Below are positions 12,399-24,226 of a stretch of 64,000 nucleotides of DNA, piece after piece. Source of the stretch: Leucoraja ocellata. Lineage: Eukaryota. The stretch is taken from assembly GCA_036785375.1 (NCBI GenBank), contig JAWMAR010000203.1, forward strand, positions 3,906,001 to 3,970,000, read 5' to 3'. Every line of letters begins with the position of its first letter. The stretch's first letter is position 1. The notes under the pieces are model-generated. The model did not search any database, was not told where the DNA came from, and saw only the letters and a list, made by a program, of their open reading frames with translations. A program made the translations under genes and the position numbers.

Positions 12399-13871
12399 TA
12401 TTTGCTAAATGTATCACTCATGCATTCAATATGCAAATTCCTTCTGGCAAAAAGTCTGTGAATCTCAAGCTCCCAATGACAGAGCTCATTTCAATTAGTT
12501 ATTTAAATTAAAAAGTACAGCATGGAAACAGGCCCTTTGGCCCACTGAGTCCACATCAACCTGTTCACGCTAGTTCTATGTTATCCCACTTTCACATTCA
12601 CTCCCTACACACTAGGGGCAATTTACAGAGGGCCAATTAACCTACAAACCCGTGACTCGGGATGTGGGATGAAATTAGAGAACCTGGAGGAAACCCACGC
12701 GGTCACAGGGAGAACGTGCAAACTCCACATACGCAGTCAGCACCCGAGGTCAGGATTGAACACGGGTCCATGGAGCTGTGAGGCAGCTGCTCTACCAGCT
12801 GCACCATTATGCCGCCACAAGCTTTGTTCAGCACTGTTTTCACTTTCCAATTGATAGAAACTTTTGAAACAAGTGTCAATTTGCATGGTGTTCAATCACC
12901 TTCCATCAGGTAGCTCTGTCCGATTCTCCAATCCACCTCGATGCAGACATTGGACTTTGTCTGTGGTGCTGGTGTGCTGCAATGCTGACAACTATATTCT
13001 GCACACTGGATCTTCCCCTTCGTCTGCTGATTGTACTCATGTCTTGCATCACCTGATTTGATTGGATAGGATGCAAAACAAAACTGTATACGTGACAATA
13101 AGAAACCTGAACCTAAATCTAAATCTTATCGTTGCTGGCTCTAAATCCTGGAATCATTAACCTACAAACTTGCTGATGACTCAAGGCATGTGTATGAATG
13201 AATATCTCTTCACAAACAAATTCTACAACAAATTACATTCATGTTTTTAAGTATGCAATGCAAACCATTGAACACTTCTTGCCATAATGATGCAGCTTAG
13301 TCCAGTTCAGTTTATTATTTTATTTTGCTTATTATTTATTTATTATCATTTAATTAATTAATTAGTTCACTTATTTATTTGTCTATCTGTTTATTTATTT
13401 ATGGGTTTCTTTTTTTAATCATTTTAGTTTATTGTCACGTGAACCAAGGTACGGTTGAAGGTTTTTTGTTGTGCGCTATCCAGCCAGCAGAAAGATTATA
13501 CTTGAATACAATCATGCTGCACACAGTGTTTTGATACAGGATAAAGGATATAACATTTAGTGCAAGATAAAGTCCAGTAAAGTCCATTTAATGATAGTCT
13601 AAGGGTCTCCAATGAGGTAGATGGTAGATCAGGACCCCTCTCTAGTTGTTGAGGGGACGGTTCAGTTGCCTGATAACATCTGGGAAGAAACTGTTTTTCT
13701 GTTCTTGTTCTTTGCCTTGGATGTTTTGTGGAATGGTGCCGTGCACGGATGTGATCTGTCAGAGCACTGGAGACTGCTGCCATCTAATATAAAACCCAAT
13801 TTAACTTTACCTTCCCTAGTCTGCGTTTGAGATCCAGGCTCAGAGTGCAATAAGTCAATTGGAAAGCACAA

Positions 13872-13889
13872 CAGCGCCATCTCCTGGCC
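13872..13889 (-). promoter_or_regulatory. CTCF-like motif
   Basis: Minus strand GGCCAGGAGATGGCGCTG closely matches the CTCF core, and lies in a non-repeat island. Confidence 0.45.
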
Positions 13890-14012
13890 AAGATAAACAT
13901 CAACCAGCAATACAGCTCCCCGGTCCCACTCAATGTATTGCCAGAGTCGAGAGTTTAATTGTCATATGTGCCCACAATGGAAATATTGAAATTGTTAATA
14001 CACAGAGAAAAT

Positions 14013-15165
14013 AGCTCAGCATTTAACACGATAATCCCCCAGCATCTGGTGAGCAAACTGGCACCCTTAGGATTCAATACCAGACTGTGCAACTGGATCC
14101 TGGATTTCCTTTCTGAAAGACCCCAGTCTGTGCGGGTGGGGAAGAACACCTCCTCGGTCATCACACTGAGCACCGGCTCCCCTCAGGGCTGTGTCCTGAG
14201 TCCACTGCTCTTTACATTGATGACACATGACTGTGTCGCCAGGTCCACTACTAACCATATCATCAAATACGCAGATGACACAACAGTAGTGGGCCTCATC
14301 CGCAACAATGACGACCAGGCATATAGAGAGGAGGTGGAACAGCTGGTGAACTGGTGCAGCAGGAACAACCTTCTCCTAAATGTGGACAAAACCAAGGAGA
14401 TTGTCGTCGATTTCAGAAGGAAAATTCAGCCCAGTCACACTCCACTTTGCATCAACAACTCAGCAGTGGAGCAGGTGAAAAGCATCAAGTTCCTGGGGGT
14501 GCATATAACGGACACTTTAAACTGGTCCACAAACATTACATCTCTGGCAAAACGGGCACAGCAGCGGTTGTACTTCCTCCGCAGGTTGAGAAGTTTACAC
14601 CTCCACCCTCCCATCCTCGCCACTTTCTACAGAAGCACAATTTGAGTCGGTCATGACCAGCTGCATCTCTACGTGGTGCGGCAGCTGTACAGCTGCGGAC
14701 TGGAAGTGCCTTCAGAGAGTGGTGAGGACAGCGGAAAAAATCATTGAGACTTCTCTTCCTTCCATCATGGACATGGGGTACAAGCGCTGATTGATTAGAG
14801 CTAAGGGCATTACCAGAGCACCCACAATTTGGACTGTTTATACTGCTTAACTCTGGGAGGAGGTACCGCAGCATGAAGAGTGGGACAACCAGGTTCTGCA
14901 ACAGCTTCATCCCCCAGGCCATAAGATTACTGAACAATCAACAAAACCGAGGCTAGAACTTTTTAAATATCGACACTTTTTAAAAACTTTTTATATATAT
15001 TTATTTTACAGAACCATGCACATGAGGCATTTTTATGGACGCACCTAGCAATTTTTACTATTACCTGATTTTGGAGAGTCAAATGCAACGAAATTTCGTT
15101 CAAGGTGCACTGTGTCTAGGTGTATATCTGAATGACAATAAAAGTTTTCATTCATTCAAATATAT
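14013..15165 (+). mobile_element. Rex1/Babar LINE, 5'-truncated, with RT
   Basis: SSAFNTI...[13 protein letters not shown]...KYADDTT...[10 protein letters not shown]; ends in a (TTCA)n tail. Confidence 0.9.
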
Positions 15166-17401
15166 AATTAACAACAAGTCAATAACCACAAAACTGAAGC
15201 AAAAAAAAAACAAAAGTCGTTAGTGTAGAATTTCACAGTTGCTGAGGTTAGTGTTGTGTTGTGTTCAAGAGCCTGATGGTTGTTGGGAAGAAGCTGTTCT
15301 TGAACCTGGAGGTCATGGTTTTCAGGCTTCTTCGTGGTCAGGGTGGTGTGTGTCTCTGATGATGCCGGCTGCCTTTTTGGAGGCAACGTCTCCTGTCGAT
15401 ACCTTCAATGGTGGGGAGGTAAGTACCTGTGATGGACCGGTCAGTGTCCACCAGTCTCGGTAATCTCATTTGTTCCGCGGCATTCAAGAAAAATTGAACA
15501 ATCCACCCGATAGCTTCCCCCGAATGTTACATATTTATTCCAACTAATATATTAAATGCTTACCTTTATTAAAAGGCCTTATAGACTATACATTTTAATT
15601 CTCAGTTATTCTATTAGACTATGAGACCCATTTGCATACAGATTAATTTTCATAACGGCAAGCTTTTAGACTTTGAATATTTCAAATATTTCATGCTAAC
15701 CACAAGTGGCTGTGGACACGTTGATAGAACAAACACATGCTACAACTTCTGGAAATTCACATGTTGTGTCACATTTATTTCACACAGAGAGACATTTTTC
15801 ACACAGAGAGTGATGAATCTCTGGAACTCTCTGCCACAGAAGGTAGTTGAGGCCAGTTCATTGGCTATATTTAAGAGGCAGTTAGATGTGGCTCTTGTGG
15901 CTAAATGGATCAGGGGTTATGGAGAGAAGGCAGGTACAGGATACTGAGTTGGATGATCAGCCATGATCATATTGAAGGGCGGTGCAGGCTCAAAGGGCCG
16001 AATGGCCTACTCCTGCACCTATTTTCTATGTTTCTATGTTTCTATTCAAACTAGCTCTATCCTATGCACTAGAGCCAATTTATAGATTTGGAGTGTGGAA
16101 GGAAACCGGAGCACCCAGAGAAAGCCCACAGGTCACAGGGTGAACATGCGAACTACAAACAGACAGCACCCGTAGCCAAGATAGAACCCGGGCCTCTGAG
16201 GCCATAAGTCAGCAACTTTACCTCTGCGCCATCGTGCCACCCTAAGTTTTATTGAGAACTAAAGACTTGTCTTCAGTTCGTAAGCAGTTTCCTCCCACAT
16301 CCCAAAGATGTGCAGGCTTGTAGGTTAATTGACTTTGGTAGCAATTGTCCTTGACGTGCAGGATAGTGTTAGTGTACAGTGCTATTTGGTGCAGGCACGC
16401 TGGGCCGAAGGCCCTGTTTCTGCTCTGTATGCCTGAGTAAATGGCAAAAGTCCTAACTTGGAATGGCTCTCTGGTCTTGAGGCATTTGTGAGATTATTTG
16501 CTAGTACCATGCTCTAGATAGTATTTAAGAAAGAACTGAAGATGCTGGAAAATCGAAGGTGGACAAAAATGCTGGAGAAACTCAGCGGGTGAGGCAGCAT
16601 CGATGGAGCGAAGGAAAAGGTGACGTTTTGGGTCTCTAGATAATGTTGCATTGTGTCAAGTCCTTTATTTAATGATTGGCATTAATGATTGTCATAGGAG
16701 TCCATCATTTGTACAATTTCCTTTGGAGGTTTTGCCAGGTTTTCAATTTTGTTTACGATTCTTCTATGATTAAACAAAATAACCGTCTTGTTTGATTTAA
16801 AAAACCATTTGGTGTTTGAATGTTACTTTTAATATGATAAACTCTCCAAGGAATATGTAATTGGTTATTATTTTGTCAAAGCAAACTTAGTTCATGCAGT
16901 TATCAATGCTTATCTCCCAGATGACAGACTAAGAGAAAACAAGGGTCTGAGCTATAGGGTGAGGTTGGGCAGGGTAGGACTTTATTCCATGGAGCGCTGG
17001 AGGATGAGGGTTGATCTTAAAGAGGTGTATAAGATCATGAGGGGAAAAGATAGAGTGAATGCAGAGAGTCTTTTACCCAGTGTAGGGGAATCAAGAATCA
17101 GACAGCGGTTTTATGTGAGAGGGGAAAGATTTAATATGAATCTGAGGGGCAAACCTTTTCACTGAGAGTGGTGGGTATATGGAACGAGCCACCAGAGGAG
17201 GTATACGATAAGTTTATGTCATAGGAACAGAAGTAGGCCATTCGGCCCATCGAGTCTACTCCGTCATTCAATCAAGGTTGATCTATCTTTCCCTTGCCCC
17301 CATTCTCCTGCCTTCTCCCCATAATCCTTGACACCCATACTAATCAAGAAACATTGGTAACAGCATTTAAAAGCATTTATTCACGTTATCCTGTATCTGT
17401 A

Positions 17402-20400
17402 CGGTACCCTGACATGGCGTAGAAGGACGAGAAGCCGAAGCAAAGAAGTGGAAGCCAAATAACAGAACGGAAACGACGCCGAAAAGCAAAATAACCGAGA
17501 GGACGGGACACTAAAAGCCAACTAACCGAAAGGGCGCAATGCCGAAAAGCCACATAATGGACATGACGTCGCCGGGGGGGCGGGACTTGTCAGCATCCAT
17601 CACATCACTGGCCGGGGGAGACGGGAGGGTGGGGTCATTGCCCCACACAAGACCGCCCGGGGCTGGAGGGTGACTGGGCGCTCTGCACCCGAGCACCAAG
17701 GTGTAAGCGGCCGAAGGAGCGCATCCCTAAGGACAGCCCCCACTCTTCCCCCCCAGGGTCAGCGCTGTCCGACCATGGCGGCCCTCCACCTCATGTCTCC
17801 CGTGCAGCCGCACTGACGGGCTGTGGGTCGGTAGCGCACACACATACGGGGCCGGGTGGAGCATTGTTGGGGACAGTCTGGTCCATCCGCCCACCCAGAG
17901 TCACTGACCGCGATGCACCACCACCGGACCCCGACACCCCACACCGGGTGATTCACCCCGCCCGCCCGCCTCGGCCACGGGACAGACAGCCCGGGGCGCT
18001 GGCAGCCTAGTAATTCACTTTTAAAACATGGGGAGGGACACAAATTCCCTGGAGGGCCGATGACAAGTGTGCATGACAACGAACAATTTAATTTCCTCCC
18101 ATTCCCCCCCCCCCCCCCCACCGACAACAATAAGCACGTTTTTATTATTTAAATACAGTACTACCGTCTGGCTGCGTATTTAACAGTGTCATTTCCACAG
18201 CGGTGTCGAGTACATTGTACTTTCCCCCCCACAGACGATACTCTCAAACCACATACCTTACCTCTATTACCCCTCTACATAAAAACAAAGTGTCAATGCC
18301 TCTTCAAGGTCTACTAATCCACCCATGGCTTCAGTTGCAGGTACAGCTGAAGGGATTTGGCGCTCGGAACAATTACTGCATTAGAAGATCATCTGAGCAT
18401 CTTGAAATCAATCTCATGAGCACGAGTGAAAGATAGCCGAGCGATGCGGTATCGATCTGCCCACATCGCACAGAGTGGAAAAGAATGAAATGGAAATTGC
18501 AACTTATACAATGTGTCATCAATACATCGATCCACATTCCTCAGTAAATGTAATTGTGTTTTGACCATGTACTAATGACGCCGAGTTCCTTTGAATAAAA
18601 TTCATGGGAGAATTTCTTAAAACTCACTGTCATTGCTCCAGATCGCGAGCACGGGCCTCTTCTAGTGTGACATTATTTAATTCTTCCACGTTATTTTATT
18701 CTCTCGCTCTCTCTCTCTCCTCTCTCCCCTCGCCCTTCTCTCTCTCCTTCCATCCCTCATTCTCTCTCCCTCTCTTGCTGTGTCTCTGTCTTTCGCTCTC
18801 TCCCTCCCTCCCTCCCTCTCTCTCTCCTGCTCCCCATCTCGTCTCTCTCGCTCCCTCACTCCCTCTCTCTCACCCTCTCGCCTCGGCATTCTTGGAATCA
18901 TTTGCCATTTTGCCGGGACGGCTGCATCTGCGGTTCCTTCCTGTTAGGAGGGGGAAGCCCTGGCCTGTGGCGGCCCCTGGTTCATTCCCTCCGCAGGTGC
19001 CACCTGGCCCGCTAAACGGCAAATGCTGGAACAATTGAAAGACAAAAACGCTGGAGAAACTCAGCGGGTGAGGCAGCATCTCATCCACTGAGTTTCTCCA
19101 GCATTTTTGTCCACCCACGTTATTTAGTAAGTTGTACCCGTCATTTAGGGATGTTATATGAATTTAAAAAGAATAAGTTTATGTGAGTTATTTTCTTTCT
19201 CACCTTCAAGGTTAGTTCTTCTGTTTGCCTTTATTTGCTTCAGTTTTATTTAGTGTTATTTATCTTGTTGTGGTTGGAGCTTTTGAACGATTTAAACATA
19301 TGGGATTTTGTAAATTCATATAAATTCATAGCGTCGCCCGAGCGCCAAATCCCTTCAGCTGTACCTGCAACTGAAGCTACGGGTGGATTAGTAGACCTTG
19401 AAGAGGCATTGGCACTTTGTTTTTGTGTAGAGGGGTAATAGAGAAGGGCTCCGGGCCGCGAGCTCACTGACTGAATGATACAGACGTCCTGACTGAAAAT
19501 CACACCCTTCCGATCAATTATTTTAGGATAAGCCTTTCAAGAGAACTTGTTACTTTTTGCTTTGCCCATTTTCAAAATATAGAATTTTGAATTTGCCGTT
19601 TGATTGGTACAAGGAGACTACAAAGCTCGTAATATCTATTTTTTTTACACACTGTAACTTTCCACATTTCTACTTTTGGGTATGTACTGTATGTGGCAAT
19701 TATGGCTCATGGAATTTTCTCCCACACTACTAGTTATATTCGTAACAACATATTTAAATGTGTGAAATTTTCGATCTTTCCCAACCCATTAAAAAAATGC
19801 CTGATGAAGGGACTCAACCCTAAACGTCCCCTAGCCATTCACTCCATACATAGACAGAAAATGATGGTGTAACTCAGGGGGCCAGGCAACATCTCTGGAG
19901 AGAAGGAATAGGTGGCGTTTTGGGTCGAGACCCTTCTTCGGACCCTCCATAGATCCAGCCTGGCCTGCTGAGTTCTCCAGAACTTTATGTTTTGCTCTTA
20001 AAATAAATCCGTGGTCCGCTGAAGAAACAACACGATAGACCACTCAGGAAGTGCCAGTTTTGCTGTACACTTCATACTGTAGAACATATCATGATACACC
20101 CCGGTGATTTAATGGGGTTAGATTATTTTTTTTAATCGAGTACCCACCCTATGTACCTTATATCAGATTTAAATTGGAATTACAATTTTTTTGTTTTCCT
20201 ATTTGTCAATTTTTCATGCCCGATTATTTGGCGGCCAATCAACCGCTGTCTCTAAGGGGGTTGCATCCAATCACTGGCCAGCTTCCCTTCAAATTCCCGT
20301 CCAATCAACAAATTGGTCTCCTCCTGTTCAATCAGCCGCTGTCTACAAGGGCATTGTGTCTAATCACATAATGCGCGGGTCACTCAACAGCCAATCAGAC

Positions 20401-22036
20401 GCAGTATCCGAGGGGCATTGCGACCAATCAGCGACCAGCTTCCCTTACTGAGATACCTAACTTTATTTGACTGAGTTACTGATACAATATGTATGTAATC
20501 ATCATATCCAGAGCTTATAGGCTCAAATGGCCCTGAAGTTTCCGTATTACAAAAAATTGATCATGGGGGGCTCTACCCCCCATTCCTTCCCAATGTCTGC
20601 CTCACGGACCTTAGCATACCATTCGTTCCTAAAACCCATTTCCATCACAGATTGTGGTATGTGTCTTTAAATTTTAGACTGCCCGTAATATTGTGGGTGG
20701 GATTTATGACGTATTTTAGGGCGTGTTTGGAGCTAAGTTTCTTGTGCAGAAGCTTAGTTTTTAGTTTAGTTTCGGACCAGCATGGGGAAGGTTTACCCTT
20801 TAACCATGCGAAGTGTAACGGAGACACGAGGAGTTTTCTAACATTTAATACAATAAGCTGGAGTTCGATGAAGATTATAGTGTACGAGTCAGAAGAAGTT
20901 TGGACGTACGTTATTGTTTTTCATCAACAATAAAGAATTTATTAATCAAAAGACTTTTTTGAAGATTTATCTGTGAAGAAGCTCCGAAGGTCCCCGAAGG
21001 AGAGCTTGCATGCGTACACAGACATTTCCCTTAACCATGTAGTCCATTTAGTGGCTAGAGGGAATAATCTCTTGAACGATATAAAAATCTTCTGCTACAA
21101 TGCATATTCGGGAAAAAGATTAAACATATGGCAAATATGTTATTGCTGCCTTTGTGTCGGGGAAGGGTGAAAGTTGCAGTTGAATAATTTGCAATTTCCA
21201 TTTCATTCATTTCCACTCTGTGTGATGTGATGTCCTCAGATGATCTTCTAATTCGCCGTCTATCCCCGACCGCGGTGGGGGGGGGAGGGGTGTAAATCAC
21301 TCGGTGTGGGTCAGGGTCTGGGGATTGGGGGGGTGAATCACTCGGTGTGGGTCAGGGTCTGGGGATCGGGGGGGTGAATCACTCGGTGTGGGTCAGGGTC
21401 TGGGGATTGGGGGGGGTGTAAATCACTCAGTGTGGGTCAGGGTCTGGGGTCTGGGGATCGGGGGGGTGAATCACCCTTGTGTGGGGGTCGGTGTCCAGTG
21501 GAGGGGCATCGCGGTCAGTGACTCTGGGTGGGTGGAGGGACCAGACTGTCCCCAACTCTGCTCCACCCGGCCCCGTGTGTGTGTGCGCTGCCGCCCCACA
21601 GCCTGTCACAGTGCGGCCGCACAGGGGAGATGACGTGGTGGGCGGCCATGGCCGGAGACGCTGACCCCGGGGGGGTAGAGTGGGGGCTGTCCCGATGGAT
21701 GCGCTCCTTCGGCCGCTTACACCTTGGTGCTCAGGTTCAGAGCGCCGTCACCCTCCAGCCCCAGGCAGTCTAGTGTCGGGCAATGACCCCCACCCTCCCG
21801 TCACCCACGGCCAGTCATGTGATGGACGCAGGTGTCTGGACCAATCGCTGACAAGTCCCGTTCCCCCCCCCCCCCTGTCCGTTATTTGGCTTTTCGGCAT
21901 TGCGTCCCGCCCTTTCGGTTATTTGGGTTGTAGACGACCTGCCCTTTCGGTTATTTGGCTTTTCTGTGTAGTTTCCGTTCGGTTATTTGTCTTCCACTTC
22001 TTCACTTCGGCTTCTCGTCCTTCGATGCCATGTCCG
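17402..22036. mobile_element. 4.6-kb foldback-type element with ~0.9-1.2-kb inverted arms and a distinct interior
   Basis: Termini GACATGGC..GAAGGACGAGAAGCCGAAG and its reverse complement; subterminal AAGCCAAATAACCGAA-type repeats. The host repeat rejoins as ctgtatctgta|cactgtgg (TA-type target). Confidence 0.75.
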
Positions 22037-23223
22037 TGCACTGTGGGAGACTCGATTGTAATCATGTTTTGTCTTTCCATTGACTTGATAGCTGCAACAA
22101 AAGCTTCTCACTGTACCTCAGTACTCGTGACAATACACTAAACCAAACTGTCGAATTTGTTAACAGTATTTGGTGACATGCCAAAGCTCCTTAAACGTGG
22201 CACTAGCATAAAATAAACTAAAAGCTACTGGTGCGGCACGATGGCACAGCAGGAGAGCTGCTGCTTTACAGCGCCAGACACCCAGGTTCAATCCTGACTA
22301 CGTGTGCTGTCTGTACGGAGTTTGTACATTCTCCCTGTGACCTGCGTAGCTTTCTCCGGCTGCTCTGGTTTCTTCCCACATTCCAAAGACGTCCAAGTTT
22401 GTAGGTTAATTGGCTTGGTATTATTGTAAATTGGCCCTTGTGTGTGTAGAATAACATCAGTGAGCGGGGATCGCTGGTCAGCATGGACTGGGTGGGCCAA
22501 AGGGCCTGTTTCTGCGCTGTCTCTAAATTAATCTAAACTAAAATTACATAGATGAGAAAGCTTTAGAATGCCTAACATGGGCAAATGGGACTAATATAGA
22601 TGGGACATTGGGTCGGCATGGACGAGTTGGGCTGAAGGGCCTGTTTCAGTGTTGCGTGACTCTGTATAGAATTAGAATTGACAGACTCTTGGCATTTGCA
22701 AGTGATGCATGGCCTCCTAATATAAACCAGCATATAAACCACATAAACTGGAAAATCTTCATTCCTCTCAGCATGTGCTGGCATGCTGTCTGCCCAACCC
22801 TCCATATTTCAACAAGAGAGTATTCCTGTTGTACAACCCCCACGAGAATGTGGACAACATGATCATGATCAGGACCGAGCACAGATTCTGAGATGCGTGC
22901 AGGGTTTGAAGCCGTGATGCATGCTTCAGACGTTTCCAATCAGCAAGGGGGCGATTGGCAAATCTCTCTCAGGGTTCCTGTGAAGCCAGTGATCATTGAG
23001 GGACAGTCCCTTGTCAGGCTGTTGCTTTGCTGGCTGCCATTGTCAAGTTGTTAAGAAATACAACTCAGTTACAGAGGTAGACAAAAATGTTGGAGAAACT
23101 CAGTGGGTGAGGCAGCATCTATGGAGCGAAGGAAATAGGCAATGTTTTGGGTCGAAACCCTTCTTCAGACAGTTACAGAGGATACGAACAGCATGGTTTG
23201 AAAGATAAGCTCTATTTCCTGTC

Positions 23224-23406
23224 TTCTTCGGGCATTTGAGGCAGCAGAAGTCTGCAGCAGGGCGATACCATCTGGTTCGACAAAGGGCGTATGCTCTGGG
23301 TTGGCGCCAAGCTGTGGCAACTGAGCTGCTGTTTCTGTTTGTTGTTATTAGCCTGACTGAGGTCAGTTGACAGGGCTCACCACGGGGAGGTCGACAACAT
23401 GAGCCC
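23224..23406 (-). mobile_element. Short retroposon (RTE-like tail) with a 14-bp TSD
   Basis: Perfect direct repeats ctctatttcctgtc at 23210-23223 and 23407-23420. Confidence 0.65.
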
Positions 23407-23717
23407 CTCTATTTCCTGTCACTGAATACTAGACTATCTAATCTTTAGTTATCAATGTTAACTATGGGCAAATTGGGTCAAAAGGCCTGTTTCTGGGCGG
23501 AATTGCTATGACTATTATTATGACCAATACGTCCACTCCATGAAATGAAGCCCCTGTTTTGTAATGGTATTTTAACTAGTTTCAAGGATTTAAAAGAGTC
23601 AAGAGGGTGGCATGGTGGCACAGCGACAGAGTTGCTGCTTTACAGCACCAGAGACCCAGGTTCAATCCTGACCACAGGTGCTGTCTGTACGGAGTTTGTA
23701 TGTTCTCCATGTGACCA

Positions 23718-24226
23718 CCGGGTGACGCCAGCAATGGCTGCCTCGCCAACAGTCTGTCCAACCCTTCCTTCTTTGTTGTTTGTTTGTACGTGGCAAATGT
23801 GTGTTTTTAGTCCTCTTTAGCTTGTTTTATGTGGGGGATGTGACCTCGGGAGCTCCAAGCCACAGGAGCTTCGATCGCCCCCGACTGCGAATGGTTCGGG
23901 CACGGGAGCTTCAACCGACATGACACGAGAGCTATGATCACCCCAACACGGGGGCTTCAACCGCCAACTGCGGGAGCTTCGATCGCCCCGACTGCAGATG
24001 GTTCGACTGTCCCGCCCGTGAGAGAATAAGAAAGAAGTAGATTGGACCTTATTGCCTTCCATCACAATGGGGAATGTGGGGATTCCGCTGTGGTGGATGT
24101 TTATACTAAATTTTATGTAGTTGTGTGTCCTGTTGCTTTTTTTTTAGTATGACTGCAATTCGTAATTCGAGTTGCACTGTACATTGCACATTGGACAATG
24201 TGACAATAAACTGACCTTTGAACCTT
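23718..24226 (+). mobile_element. Non-autonomous retroposon with a Rex1-like tail, inserted in a V-SINE
   Basis: TSD tgacca; tail gtgacaataaa followed by (ACCTTTGA)n. Confidence 0.7.
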
